Shown here one piece after another: positions 1-10,958 of a DNA stretch of 64,000 nt. Every line of letters begins with the position of its first letter. Positions within the stretch are counted from its first letter, which is position 1. Below the pieces are notes generated by a model that was not told the origin of the DNA, ran no database searches, and saw nothing but the letters and a program-made list of their open reading frames with translations. The position numbers and the translations under genes are program-made. Origin of the DNA: Diplonema japonicum (Eukaryota > Protista > Euglenozoa: Diplonemea); NCBI GenBank assembly GCA_964019335.1, contig OZ025690.1:434001-498000 (forward strand). Direction: 5' to 3'.

Positions 1-43
1 TGGAAGGCTGCCTGTTCAACAAAGAACGGGGCACATGCACCAT
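1..43 (-). CDS. Probable 5' end of a gene running off the left edge (MVHVPRSLLNRQPS...)
   Basis: ATG at 43-41 preceded by an A-rich run (ACAAACACAAAAGAAAA), as at several other starts in the window. The frame is open to position 1, and the sequence is GC-richer than the adjacent spacer. Confidence 0.35.
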   Translation of the reverse strand, partial: MVHVPRSLLNRQPS

Positions 44-737
44 TTTTCTTTTGTGTTTGTTGTTGCTTTTCTCTTATGGTTTTTTTTGGGGGGGGTGGGG
101 GCGAAACTATTTTCGAAAAAAAAAGAAGAAGAAAAGCATTTAAAGGTATAGTTGCGTCCATGTATGGAGGCCTGTAGGCCTATGTTTCTCCTTTTTTTAG
201 CATTTCTTTTTTTTTTTCTTTCTGTATTGACTTTCTTAAGGGGGAGAATGCCCGCCCCAGAAAATAAAAAGGGGGGGGTACACTTTCTTTTTCATTCTTT
301 CTTTTTTTTCCCTTTTTTTTTCTTCTCATTCAAAAAAGTGCTTTGATCCTTGAGGCAGAAGTTGCCTACTGTCTAGTTTTTTTTTCTTCTTTCTTACATT
401 TGCCTTCAACCAGCTAAGGTATTATGAGCAAATCTTTGTGTAGTTTCTGCATTTTTTGAGGAAACTTATTTATATTTCCACATCACTGCCCATATACAAA
501 CGTTTTTTTTTTCCCTTTTTTTTTGTTTTTTCATTTCATTCTTAAATCAAGAATCTTTTTTTTTGGGGGGGGAAACCCAATCACAAATTTTTTTTCCACA
601 TTTTTTTTTTTTGTTGTGCTTTAATATCAAGAAACGCAATTGTAGTTGGGGCAGGCAAGGAACACTTTAAAAAGAAAAAAAAAGATTAGAAAAAAAAAAA
701 AAAACAAGAAAAAGATAAGTTAAGCGTGAAGGAGAGG

Positions 738-779
<42 letters not shown>

Positions 780-2456
780 GGAAACAATCCCGCTTGAGGA
801 GAAAGTGCCCGAAGGAGTAAACTCGAAGGGGGAAGAGGTACGCTGGGAAAGTGAGGACAGTGGGGAAACAGAGGGGTAGTTTTTCTTTCAGTTTTTTTCT
901 TTTTTTTTTTTTTTTTTTTACACAATTTTTTTTTTTTTGATTCCCTTCCTTTTTCCAGCGCGTTGAGGTGGAATAATATAAAGAAGAAGTTATCTCGCGA
1001 AAAAGGGGTATAGAAATAACCACCTCTTTTTTTGTTTTGTTTTTGTTTTTGTTTTTTTAAATTTTATTTTTTTTTTTTTTTTTACTTCCCTAAGGGGCTT
1101 TAGGCTAGATTTAGATAAATAAAAGTAAACTTTATTTTATCTTTATTTAAATAACCTAACACAAGAAGATTAGCATTAGTCGGAAGTAAAAACAATAAAA
1201 TTAAAAATTATGGATTATTTGGTCTAATATGCCTTTATTCTTCCCTTGGAAGAAGAAAGTTACTTTTTTTTTTCTTCTTTTTTTTTTTTTTGAGAAATCG
1301 GAAAAATAGGAAAAATATCCCAATTCTCGATAAAAGTAAGGGCGAAAGGGCCGGGTGTATCCAAGGAAAAAAAAAAAAAAAAAAAAAAAAACAATTTGGC
1401 AAAATTTTTTTTCGCCCTCTTTCCTCCCCTATTTTCTCTGTTGGTACTATAATTCGCCGCTTTTTTTTTTTTTTTTTTAATTTGAACTCCGTTTTTATTT
1501 ACCCCCTTCTTTTTTTTTTTTTTTTTTTTTTTTTTTGTTTGTTTCTTGTTTCTTCCCCAAAGGAGAGAATGGCCAGTTGGGGAGGCTATAAAATATTAGA
1601 AGAAGAAAGGGGGGGCTGTAATGAAAGCCTGATATTGGTCATTGTTGGCCTGGGGTAAAGAAAAAAAAAATAAATAAATAATAACCCCTGCAAGTCTGTG
1701 TAATGGAATTTCTACATGACTTTTTTTTGTTTACAAGAGAAGAAGCAAAGAATTGAATAAAGTAAACAAAGGGAGGTGGGGCACAATCCAAGAAGTGAGG
1801 CGACAAGTATAAAAAAAGAAGGAGAAAAATAAAAATCCTGCAATGGAATCTGGGCAGGTGTCGTTTCTTTTCCATGTCTTTTTATCGAACCTCCTGTTGG
1901 CCCTTCGAAAAATTATTATAAAGAAAAAAAAAAGGGGGTGGGGAAAAAAATAGGAGAGAGAAGAAGAAGAAAAAAAAGAAAGAAAGAAAGAAGGAGGGGG
2001 GAAAAAAATAGTTTAGAGTGGCAACTACTTTTTACGTGGCGGCCACCTCAGTTGTGCTTTCGTTTTTTCTTTTTTTAAAGCAATAAATGTTGGGTGCCGT
2101 CCTAAAAAAAAAGTAATATAATAACCCGAAACCGATGACCCCCCGATCTCTAGTGCTAGCAAAGAAAGCCATTTTGGTAAGACGTTGCAATGGCAATCTC
2201 TGAGAATTGGGTGGCTTTTTTTTTTTTTTTAAATTTCCCTCCTTTTCTTATTCTCCTTCCTTTTTTTTTTTCTTTTTTTTTCCAAAAAAATCAATCCCAT
2301 CATGAAAAAAAGGGGACAGGTGTTCTTATTAAACATCCTTCTGTCACTCCCCCCCCTTTTTTTTTAAAATTAAAGTATCGAAAAACAATTGTGCGAATAA
2401 AAAAAAAAATTGGGGATAAAAAAAAAAACGGAATTTCAAAAAAAAATTTTTCTTTT

Positions 2457-2822
2457 CTAGTTCTTCTGGCTAAGGATCGAGTATGTAGATGAGTTTGGTG
2501 TTCGCAAACTGGAGGCAGGAGTAGAAACTGTCGAGTCGAAGTTGCACCTGTATCTGTCCACAATATCCCTAAAACTGCTGTCATGTTTCTTTGATTTAAC
2601 ACCGTTAATCGCTGTTTGAAATTTCAACATCTTCGCATTAAACCTCCGTGAAAAATCCTCTTCTCCCGCAGTACTACTGCTGCTTGTGGGGCCACTAACC
2701 GCAACATCCATGCCATCATTTCCATCAACTAGACACCCATCCACCAACCCAAGCATCTCTGCGTAGTCCGATTTTGATGAAACTCTCACCACACGACTTT
2801 CGAAGCATGACTGGCCAGTCAT
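2457..2822 (-). CDS. Hypothetical protein, 121 aa, Ser-rich
   Basis: Island of balanced composition between homopolymer spacers. ATG is immediately preceded by a poly-A run, and the strand matches all neighbours. Confidence 0.6.
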   Translation of the reverse strand: MTGQSCFESRVVRVSSKSDYAEMLGLVDGCLVDGNDGMDVAVSGPTSSSSTAGEEDFSRRFNAKMLKFQTAINGVKSKKHDSSFRDIVDRYRCNFDSTVSTPASSLRTPNSSTYSILSQKN

Positions 2823-4001
2823 TTTTTTTTTTTTTTTTTTTTTTTTTTGTTTTGCCTTTTTTTTTTTTTTTTTACATTTTCAAAAAAAAAAAAAAAAAAA
2901 AAAACAAGGGTGGGAAGAAGAAGAAGAAGAAGAAGAAAAAATAAAGAGGGAAAAAAAAAAAAAAAAAAGTAGAAAGTACTAAGATAATCGGGCTTGGGCC
3001 TGGCACTTGAGTATTTGGTGTGAAAACGCAAAAAGGAGGAAAATAGAGCTGGAGAACTAATATGGGTTGAGATGATTTTTTTTTTTTATTTCTTTCTTTT
3101 TTTTTTTCAAAAACAGGAAACTCAAAGAAAACGTAGAGAGGAAGGGAAGGGGTTATCATGACAGCCAAAATTATAAAAAGAGCGTTTGGAAGAGGGAAAA
3201 AAAAAAACCAGGTTTTTTTTTTTTTCCTGCTCTCTTTGCTATCGCAGGTTTCCATTCCCAGTAAAAAAAAGGGGGGGGGGAGAAATAGAAGAAAGAGAAA
3301 AACAAAAAAATCAAAGATTCCCGTAAAAAAAAAAAAAAAAAAAAAAAAAGTCTCACCGCCCACTGCTAGGTCCCTCTCTGGCTACCTATTTCACAGCAAA
3401 AAGAAAATACTCCTACCTAGGCCCAGCCTATTCTTGTCTTGTAAAAAAAAATATGGAAAAAAAAAAAATCATAATAGTAGAATATAAAAGCAAAAAAAAA
3501 AAAAAGAGGGGAGGGGGAAAAACGTACTTTTCCTTTGAGACTTTCCTTTTTTTTTAGTACTTCTTTTTTTCCCCCAATATTTTTAACTAACACCTGCCCC
3601 CTTGGTTTTCTTTCCTTTTTCTTTTATTCCCCAACGTCTTAGAAGGGAGGGGGGGAAAATTACAGTCTCTCTCTCTCTTATTCATAAAATACGGTGTTTT
3701 ATTTATTTTTTTTAAATTCTTTTTTTTCTTCTTGTGTTACTGTAAAATCTCTTAATTTCGTCCGAAAAAAAAAAAGAGTCTCAGCTTATGTCCCCTTTGT
3801 GTTCGGGGGGGGGGGGGGGGGAAGAAAGAGCATTACACAATACTTTTTTTTTGTCTCAAAAAAAAAGGGGGGGAGCAAACAAAAAAATGGGCAGACAACA
3901 TTTCAAAAAAAAAAAAAAAAAAAAAAATCCCATCTCTTCTCCTTTAGAGAGTCAGGGATTTTTTTTTTTTTTTTTTTTTTTTTGATTTTTTTTTCTTTTT
4001 T

Positions 4002-5429
4002 CTATTCACTCTTAATCGGCTCAGTCTGCTCTTCCTTCGGTTGCAGCTCGGTGCCGACCCACTGGAAACTCTTTGAAAACGCCGAAGCACCGTGCTCGGA
4101 ATTATCAAGCCCCGACTTCTCGACCCACTCAGGCACGCGGAGATTGTCCGTGAGCTTAAGAACCATGAAAAGAATCAAAGAAAGCCCCAACGACCATGTC
4201 AATATTATCGCCCCCGCGAGCATCTGCGTCCCCAACTGCTTCCCGTTCCCACCATAAAACACCCCCACTCTGTCATCACCATAAGTCGACCCATAAGCTC
4301 GGTTCACATTATCATGCGTGGCGAAAAATCCAACCGCAGTCAACCCCCAAAACCCACAGAATCCATGCACAGCAGATGCTTCCAACACATCGTCGACACC
4401 CATTTTTGTGACAAGCATTGAGGACCCATAGTACACCACACCACCTATTAACCCTATGATAACAGCAGCATAGGCCTCCACAACGGAACACCCAGCGGTA
4501 ATGGACACAAGGCCTCCCAAGATACCGTTGCAAACTGGGTCGAAAAGAAGTCCTTGCCCGAGGACAAGGTTCATGATCAGAACACCCATACCACCTCCGG
4601 CAGCTCCGAGAACGGTGGTGGCACCGACCTTGCCAGCAACCAATGCACCATCACCGGAAAGACCGAGGGTGGAACCGCAGTTGAAGCCGAACCAACCGAA
4701 CCACAAGATCAAAGTCCCAAGTGCGACGAGAGTCTTGTCGTGCGGGACGTACTTAGCGTCGGAGTTCCATGTTTTTCTAGGCCCGACAACGTACGCTCCA
4801 GCAAGGGCGGAAAATCCACCCACCATGTGGACCACACCCGATCCCGCAAAATCGATCAAACCGTGGTTGATCCGCTTAAATTCCGTGTTGGTTGCAGAGA
4901 GGAATCCTTGGTCAGACCACACCCAGTGCACTACCACAGGGTAGATGAACCCGCAAAGGAGCGTTCCATACACGAAATACGCTACAATGTAGCAGCGTTC
5001 TGCTATGGCACCGGAGACAATGGTGGCGGCGGTGGCGCAGAATGCCCATTGGAAGACAAATGAATGGTAATTGGAAGGGTCGTGAGGCTCGCCATCTGAC
5101 ACAAGAAAAAAATCGCCATTTCCAATGAAACCGTTCACAGTGTCGGAGCCGATTCCAGAGGCGTCGTGGCCCATTGCGAAGCCCCACCCGCAGATCCACC
5201 ATACCACAGCAGCAAGGACAGGGTCGAAGGCGTTTTTGAACAAGATGTTCGAGACGTTCATTCTGCGGACCGTGCCGGCCTCGAGCATTGCGAAGCCGGA
5301 CTGCATGAAGAAGACGAGGATCATGGACATTAAAACCCAGAACACGTCGTAGGCACCGTTCATGTCTGACAGCTTGCCTTGAAGGTCCACCATCGAGGCG
5401 TTACAGCTTTCTATCGTGCTGCAGTTCAT
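4002..5429 (-). CDS. AMT1: Ammonium transporter (Amt/Mep family, AMT1-type), 475 aa
   Basis: Motifs FFMQSGFAMLEAG, FQWAFCATAATIVSGAIAER, YPVVVHWVW, DFAGSGVVHMVGG, LWFGWFGFN, NGILGGLVSITAGC and DDVLEASAVHG (both pore histidines present); many hydrophobic helices. Confidence 0.97.
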   Translation of the reverse strand: MNCSTIESCNASMVDLQGKLSDMNGAYDVFWVLMSMILVFFMQSGFAMLEAGTVRRMNVSNILFKNAFDPVLAAVVWWICGWGFAMGHDASGIGSDTVNGFIGNGDFFLVSDGEPHDPSNYHSFVFQWAFCATAATIVSGAIAERCYIVAYFVYGTLLCGFIYPVVVHWVWSDQGFLSATNTEFKRINHGLIDFAGSGVVHMVGGFSALAGAYVVGPRKTWNSDAKYVPHDKTLVALGTLILWFGWFGFNCGSTLGLSGDGALVAGKVGATTVLGAAGGGMGVLIMNLVLGQGLLFDPVCNGILGGLVSITAGCSVVEAYAAVIIGLIGGVVYYGSSMLVTKMGVDDVLEASAVHGFCGFWGLTAVGFFATHDNVNRAYGSTYGDDRVGVFYGGNGKQLGTQMLAGAIILTWSLGLSLILFMVLKLTDNLRVPEWVEKSGLDNSEHGASAFSKSFQWVGTELQPKEEQTEPIKSE

Positions 5430-5820
5430 TTTATTTTTTTGGGGGGGGGAAATCTAGTTTTTTTAATATTTTTTTTTTAAATTTGGAGGTGGGGGAATGA
5501 AGAAAGTGTCGGGGTAAAAAAAAAAAGGAGGAGCGGATGTAGAATGAGAGACAAAAAATACAATCGGGGGGGGGGGGGGGGAAATTGAAAAAAATACAAC
5601 AGGGGGAGTTAAAAGGAAATGAAGTGTACAAGAAATCAAATAATGGCAACGGCTTTTTTTTTTTTTTTTTTTTTTTTTGTAAACAAAGATCTAAAAAAAA
5701 ATGATGACATAGAAGTAGAAGAAGAAGAGAAAAAAAAACCGGGCCGTTACTATCATATGAATGAAGAAAAAAGAAAAGAAAAAAAAAAGAAAAGAAAAAA
5801 AGAAAACACACCACTTTGTG

Positions 5821-5852
<32 letters not shown>

Positions 5853-6028
5853 CCAAAAGAAGGTGGAGGAGGGAACACGATCGAGAAACGTTTGGCAGCG
5901 ACCTACAAAAACAAAAAAACAAAAACAAAAAGAGAGAGAGAGAGAGGGAAGAAAAATCTTTACAACAGTTCTAAAGGGGAAAAAAAAGGGGGTTTTTTTT
6001 AATAAAAATATGTGTACCAATACTCAAT

Positions 6029-8281
6029 TCACGGCCGAACAGAAACAGGCCTCACAGAGAGAGGGGATGAGAGCTCCGTCTCAAGCGCAAGCCGCCTAGC
6101 TGCGAGCTCAATCTGCTCTGCCTCGATGGATCTCGTGAGCTTCGACTGGAGCTCCGCCGCACGCAAAGTCTCCTCTTCAGCATTTTTTCTTAGCATTTCC
6201 TGTTCCTTAAGAGACATAAGCTGCTGCTCTGCTGCTGTGACCAAGGACTGCTGGATGGCCCTCTCACCATCGGCAGCTAGCTTGACGGTAGTGGCGTTGC
6301 TCTCTTTGTCCTGTGCCAGGGCCATCTCTGCCTGTCTCCTCAGCAGCTCTTCCTGTGTTACGCTGACTGAAGCATGCACAGCAGCAAGATCAGCGCCTGC
6401 CTTCTGTTCGTCTACGATGGCGTTGGCCATCTCCTCGGATACCTCCTTTGACCTCGCCATCTGCTTCGCCACTTCCTCTTCTTGTTCAGAGCACAGCTTC
6501 TCCAGCTCCTCGAGCTTCTTGATGCACGTATCCAGTTCAGCGTCCTGTGCCGTCTTCCTCGCCTCAGCGGTCTTCACCAATGCGTTTGCTTCTTCGAGAC
6601 CTGTCTCCAATAGGTTCTCTCTCTCCTTTGCCCTTTCCAGTGCCAGTACCCTCCCCGCCACAGTTGCCCTTGCCTTTTCTGCTTCTGCTTGTGCCATCAC
6701 GGATGCAGCCTGTGCCTCCCTCTCCTTCATCAGCGCTTTTTCAAGCTCGCTTTCGGCATTCATAAGCTCGTCCTCTGCCTTGTGCACCGCACGCTGTGCT
6801 TCCAGAGCCGCTTGGGATGCTTCCTCCTCGCGCTCCTTGGCGGTGTCGAGGTCTGCCTTGCACCTGTTCGAGAGCTCACGGTGCCTCTCAACCTCCAGCT
6901 CTTGCATTTTGTACAGACCCTCCACTTCCTTCAGTTTGAGCTCCATCTTCACTGTCTCCTCTTCCTGTGCGATGAGCTTGATCTGCACAATGCCCACCTG
7001 CCTCTGGGCCTCCATGTGCTCGTGGCGCTTTAGGGACTCAACCTCTTTCGCAGCCTGCAGGGCGGTGATGGCGCGCTGGACGGCTTCCCTTGTGGTGCCT
7101 GCTTCCTCTGTGGCTGCCGTCATCTTCTCGTTGGCCTCGTTTTTCTTCTCGATGGCAGCCTCCTCCTCAGCCTTCGCCTCCTCGATGGCCTTCTCGCACT
7201 CCTCACTGCTCTTCTTCGCCGTCTCCAGCTGCTCCTCCATCTGCTCCACCTTCTTGGTGCATGCCGTGACATCCAACTCGCACTTCGCTTGCAAATCACG
7301 GTGGCGCTGCACCTCTATTTTGTGCTCCAGCACAAGACGCTGGATCTCTTTTAGGCGGTGCTCGGAACGTGCGGTCTCAGTGGACTGTGCATGCGACCTG
7401 CCCTCGACGATGGTCATCTGCTCCACAAGGCGGAGATGCTCTGCGGCCACCTCGCGCTCCCTGGCCTTCACTGCCTCTACAGAGGAGGCGGCGGCACCGA
7501 AGGCTTCCTTAGCCTGCGTGGCTGAGAACCTGGCTTCGGAGAGAGTGGCGGCCGCACCGTCGGCGATCTTGGTGGACTCGTGCGCCTTCATCTCCTGCAT
7601 GCTGAGGTGCTGGTTGTGCACGGCGATCTCATGCTCCGTCTCAACGACGGCAGCGTGCGCGATCTGCGTGGTGGTGACCATGTCGCCTAGGGCAAGCCCT
7701 GCACGCGTGACCGACTCGTGAGTAGGGGGAGCGATGGCGAGGGAGGCGGGGGGTGAGATGGCATGGGTCATGGGGGGTGCGATAGGGAGGGTGACGGGGG
7801 GTGCTATTGGCACCGCGATGGGGGGCGTGACGGGCAGCTGCCTACGGGGTGACACTGAAGACAAGCGACCCATGGCGGTTTCGGGCGAGGCAGCAGCACA
7901 GGGAGGCGGGGAGAAGCGCTCGATGATGGTGTTGGGATGAATGCTCACTGGGGGGCGGATAGCAGGGGGCAGCCCGCCCTGCGTGTCGTTGTGCCAGTGG
8001 TTGGGCGGCTGGAAGACATAGAGCTGGCACCCGTCGGTAATCTTGGACCCACTGGACCCAAGCTCAATCCACCCCCTGGTGGGGAGGTCGAACAGCTGGA
8101 TGTGGTCAATCTTGAACAACTCAGGCGGCGCACCTGCAGGGCGGCGCACGTCGCTCTCCCTTGTGAAGACCGCCTCCGTCTTCACTTTCAGCTCATGGAC
8201 AGAAGGGATCGTCTGGAAGTCGATCAGGTAGTTCACCTTTGCCCCATACAGGTCGGTCGCAATCTTCAGTGTGACAACCAT
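6029..8281 (-). CDS. BILBO1 N-terminal-domain protein with Pro-rich linker and long coiled coil, about 750 aa
   Basis: The N-terminus MVVTLKIATDLYGAKVNYLIDF..PSVHEL....EAVF..E..VRRP...W......DGCQLYVFQPPNHWH..QGGLPPA closely matches the trypanosome BILBO1 NTD as recalled. An E/A/K/Q-rich heptad region follows. Start moved from the ORF-track 8554 to the ATG at 8281, which lies 12 nt after a CAG preceded by a pyrimidine-rich tract. Confidence 0.85.
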   Translation of the reverse strand: MVVTLKIATDLYGAKVNYLIDFQTIPSVHELKVKTEAVFTRESDVRRPAGAPPELFKIDHIQLFDLPTRGWIELGSSGSKITDGCQLYVFQPPNHWHNDTQGGLPPAIRPPVSIHPNTIIERFSPPPCAAASPETAMGRLSSVSPRRQLPVTPPIAVPIAPPVTLPIAPPMTHAISPPASLAIAPPTHESVTRAGLALGDMVTTTQIAHAAVVETEHEIAVHNQHLSMQEMKAHESTKIADGAAATLSEARFSATQAKEAFGAAASSVEAVKAREREVAAEHLRLVEQMTIVEGRSHAQSTETARSEHRLKEIQRLVLEHKIEVQRHRDLQAKCELDVTACTKKVEQMEEQLETAKKSSEECEKAIEEAKAEEEAAIEKKNEANEKMTAATEEAGTTREAVQRAITALQAAKEVESLKRHEHMEAQRQVGIVQIKLIAQEEETVKMELKLKEVEGLYKMQELEVERHRELSNRCKADLDTAKEREEEASQAALEAQRAVHKAEDELMNAESELEKALMKEREAQAASVMAQAEAEKARATVAGRVLALERAKERENLLETGLEEANALVKTAEARKTAQDAELDTCIKKLEELEKLCSEQEEEVAKQMARSKEVSEEMANAIVDEQKAGADLAAVHASVSVTQEELLRRQAEMALAQDKESNATTVKLAADGERAIQQSLVTAAEQQLMSLKEQEMLRKNAEEETLRAAELQSKLTRSIEAEQIELAARRLALETELSSPLSVRPVSVRP
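7722..7835 (-). repeat. Degenerate 24-nt (8-aa) tandem repeat encoding the Pro-rich linker (PVTPPIAV/PIAPPVTL/PIAPPMTH/AISPPASL/AIAPP)
   Basis: Recurrent IAPP/ISPP at 8-residue spacing in the translation. Confidence 0.6.
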
Positions 8282-8913
8282 CGTGCTGCTATCCTGTGGT
8301 AGGGTGCATGTGCATGGGTGAAAGGGAATAGAAGAATAATAGTGAAAGTGGGAACTACAGGAACAAAGGAGGAACCTCTGTTGTTGTGCTTGCGGATATT
8401 TGTTTCTCCTTCGCCTGTCTTTGTCTTCTCCCCCCTTCACTTGCATTGCATGCCTGTGCTCCAGTTGGGCATGATGCAAGAGATAAGAAAGATGGGCTGT
8501 GCATGGAGGTAACAAAGAAAGGTGGGAGAAATGATTTTTGAATTCAAGAAACAAAAAGAAGAAGACAAAAAGGGGGGGAGAATCATCTATCTGTCAATAC
8601 TCCCCTTCTGGGGTGTTGCTTTCATCCCGAGGAAAGTACTGGAGGGGGGGGAGGGGGGGATCTTTCGCTGGACAGCGCAGTTTCTTTTTTTATAATAAGG
8701 CTTTCAAAAAAAAAAAAGAAAGAAAAAAAAGGATAATCAGGTAGTTTTTTTTTACCCCCTCAGCTCTTACACCCCCCTCCCCTATTTGCTTTTTTTTAAA
8801 AAAAATTCCAAACTCGAAGAAGAAGAAAAAAACCCCCCACCTTTTTTTTTGACTCAGCTCTTAAGAAGGGCTTTCAAAAGTTAAAAATAAAAACAAAGCG
8901 GGATGGACCACAC

Positions 8914-8949
<36 letters not shown>

Positions 8950-8962
8950 CCCCTCTCTTTGC

Positions 8963-10300
8963 CTAAGAGAGCATTGCCAAACAGCACCACATCCCAATAC
9001 CGCTGCACAACGTAAAGGAGATGGCGTACACCACCCGAGTGACACCCGTCAGCCTGTGTTCCTTAGGAAGGATATGGGGATGTGTTGACATAAGGTAGAG
9101 AAAGCCCAAAATAAGCGGAAGCAGCAGTGCATTGAGAACCTGAATACCAACGTTCAGCACAATATGGTTGAAATCGGCCAAGGCCGCGTACGAGGAGAAA
9201 ATAAGAATGCAAGCGAAGGTAGTGTAGAACATAGGTGCCTCGGAGCAACTACTCTTCAGAGACCCATGCCAGCCAGAAATCTCACTGATGGACCACACCG
9301 CGGTGAGCGAAACGACAACAGCACCTATGGCGGCGGAACCGAAAAATCCAAACGCAAAAAGAACCTCACCCGTCACACCCAGGTACGAGGTCAGTGTGGA
9401 CGATACTTCTTGAACAGTTTCAAATCCACGAACATCAGGGTTGCGGTTATCGTGGTTCCAAACAGTTCCCGCTGCCGTTAGCATCACTGCAATGGCAACC
9501 ATCTGTGTTATGAAAGCACCCCATTTCGTCTCGTGACGTGCCCTGTCCATTTCCATTCCCTTCTTCGTGCCCTTATCGACCACTGCGGACTGCTGGTAAA
9601 AGATCATCCACGGCTGCATAACAGCACCGATGTTCGCCGCAACAAGGATTTGAAAGTCCTTGTTTTTGTATGGTACGTTGACCACGCCCTCCACCAGTTC
9701 CCTCGGAGACGGTGCGGCCAACAACATTGTGATGAAGAATGCGAACTCAAAACAACCCAACACCAACGCCTTCCTCTCAACTTCCTCGTAGTTTCCCTGC
9801 AACGTGATGAAGAACAACCCAGTGGACACAAGAGCACAAGACACAACTGGCGGTATTCCCACCATACTTCCAACGCCGATGATGGCGGTGTACTCGGAGA
9901 TCAACGCCCCGATGCAAATGCAGCACAAAACACAGCATATCAACGCACCCCAGAATTTCCCATAATATGTACTGACGAGCTTTGCAAAACCCATTTCTGT
10001 GCAGGTTCCCAGCCTGACAGTTAGTTCCTGTGCCATGTATAACGGGAGTGCCAAGATGAGCTGAAGGGGTACTAGTGTATAACCCCACACCTTGCCTGAC
10101 TGTGCTGCGATAATCAAGCTTCCTGCGTCGCTGTCCGCAAGCATCACTACAAGTCCCGGACCCGACACAGGGCATCCCATCTCAACTTTCACACCGTGCT
10201 TCGTCACCGCTACGCTGCTCGCCATGCTGTCAGCGCTGGAAAACGACTTATTCTCCAGCGGTGTGCCCTCGTAGGCATTCTCTACGTCGCATGTTTTCAT
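8963..10300 (-). CDS. NRAMP/SLC11-related divalent cation transporter of the non-canonical bacterial type (NRMT-like)
   Basis: GPGLVVMLADSDAGS, YMAQELTVRLGTCT and ANIGAVMQPWMIFYQQSAVVDKG; about 11 TM segments. The start is either 10300 (MKTCDV) or 10354. Confidence 0.9.
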   Translation of the reverse strand: MKTCDVENAYEGTPLENKSFSSADSMASSVAVTKHGVKVEMGCPVSGPGLVVMLADSDAGSLIIAAQSGKVWGYTLVPLQLILALPLYMAQELTVRLGTCTEMGFAKLVSTYYGKFWGALICCVLCCICIGALISEYTAIIGVGSMVGIPPVVSCALVSTGLFFITLQGNYEEVERKALVLGCFEFAFFITMLLAAPSPRELVEGVVNVPYKNKDFQILVAANIGAVMQPWMIFYQQSAVVDKGTKKGMEMDRARHETKWGAFITQMVAIAVMLTAAGTVWNHDNRNPDVRGFETVQEVSSTLTSYLGVTGEVLFAFGFFGSAAIGAVVVSLTAVWSISEISGWHGSLKSSCSEAPMFYTTFACILIFSSYAALADFNHIVLNVGIQVLNALLLPLILGFLYLMSTHPHILPKEHRLTGVTRVVYAISFTLCSGIGMWCCLAMLS

Positions 10301-10783
10301 GGCCTTGTGGGCAATCGTTTTTTTTTTTTTTCCCCTGATTAATTCTTGTTGCATCGGTTTTTTTTGTGCGCACGAGCGGTATTTTACCTAATAAAATAGC
10401 TCATTACGCTGCCATCAACTAGTTTTTTAGTCTCGACAATAATATTGTTAAAACAAAAAAATCTTTTTTGGTATAATTTTTTTTTTTTTAAATTCCACCT
10501 CCTCTTGGTCTAGCCAGACCGACCCCACCTGGGCTGTGTGGAGCCAAATAAGATAGATGGAAAGAAGGACAAAAAGAGCAGAGAAGGAGGGGCAAAAAAA
10601 AGAAAATAGCGACGCGTACTACCCAAACAATTAAAATGACTTCAAGTTACTTGCCTTTTTTATTATTATTTTAGCCCTAAGGGCGCAAAACTAATTTCAG
10701 GAAAGAAGGAGGGGGGGGGGGGGGGGGGGGGTGACTTTTCAAAATTCATTGTTCGATTCGATACATAGCTATCTTCCACGCCT

Positions 10784-10958
10784 CCCCCCGAGGGCTATGC
10801 TGGCAAGAAACGGTTAACGGTTCTGTTTCCTTATTTTTCAGATACTTAAGGAAACGGCCCCAAAAAAAATATGGAAACGTTTCCGTTTCCGTTTTTCCTT
10901 ATTTTCAAAAGAAAAAAACTTGGAAACGCGTTTCCTTGCCAACATAGCCCTAGGGGGG
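10784..10958. repeat. 175-bp element bounded by imperfect ~30-bp terminal inverted repeats (MITE-like)
   Basis: Left arm CCCCCCGAGGGCTATGCTGGCAAGAAACG (10784-10812) versus the reverse complement of the right arm, CCCCCCTAGGGCTATGTTGGCAAGGAAACG (10929-10958): 2 mismatches and 1 indel. Internal GGAAAC/GTTTCC motifs and palindromes. No target-site duplication seen. Confidence 0.6.

Noticed and set aside
152-3985. Many Phe- or Lys-rich ORFs in spacers (also at 5431-6099, 14307-14824, 18817-19257 and 20179-21265)
   Set aside because: These are translations of poly-T/poly-A tracts with no protein-like content.
6012-7721. 569-aa plus-strand ORF
   Set aside because: Antisense shadow of the Glu/Ala/Lys-rich coiled-coil gene; its Ser/Ala/Phe-rich composition is the expected mirror.
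8282-8554. N-terminal extensions in the ORF track (also 14309-14509, 17467-17523, 23587-23826 and 24770-24862)
   Set aside because: They use non-ATG or spurious starts in low-complexity UTR or intron sequence, or overlap another exon out of frame.
8697-8880. Short direct repeats CTCAGCTCTTA and GGCTTTCAAAA, each present twice
   Set aside because: Only 11 bp, in swapped order and within low-complexity spacer; not enough to call an element.
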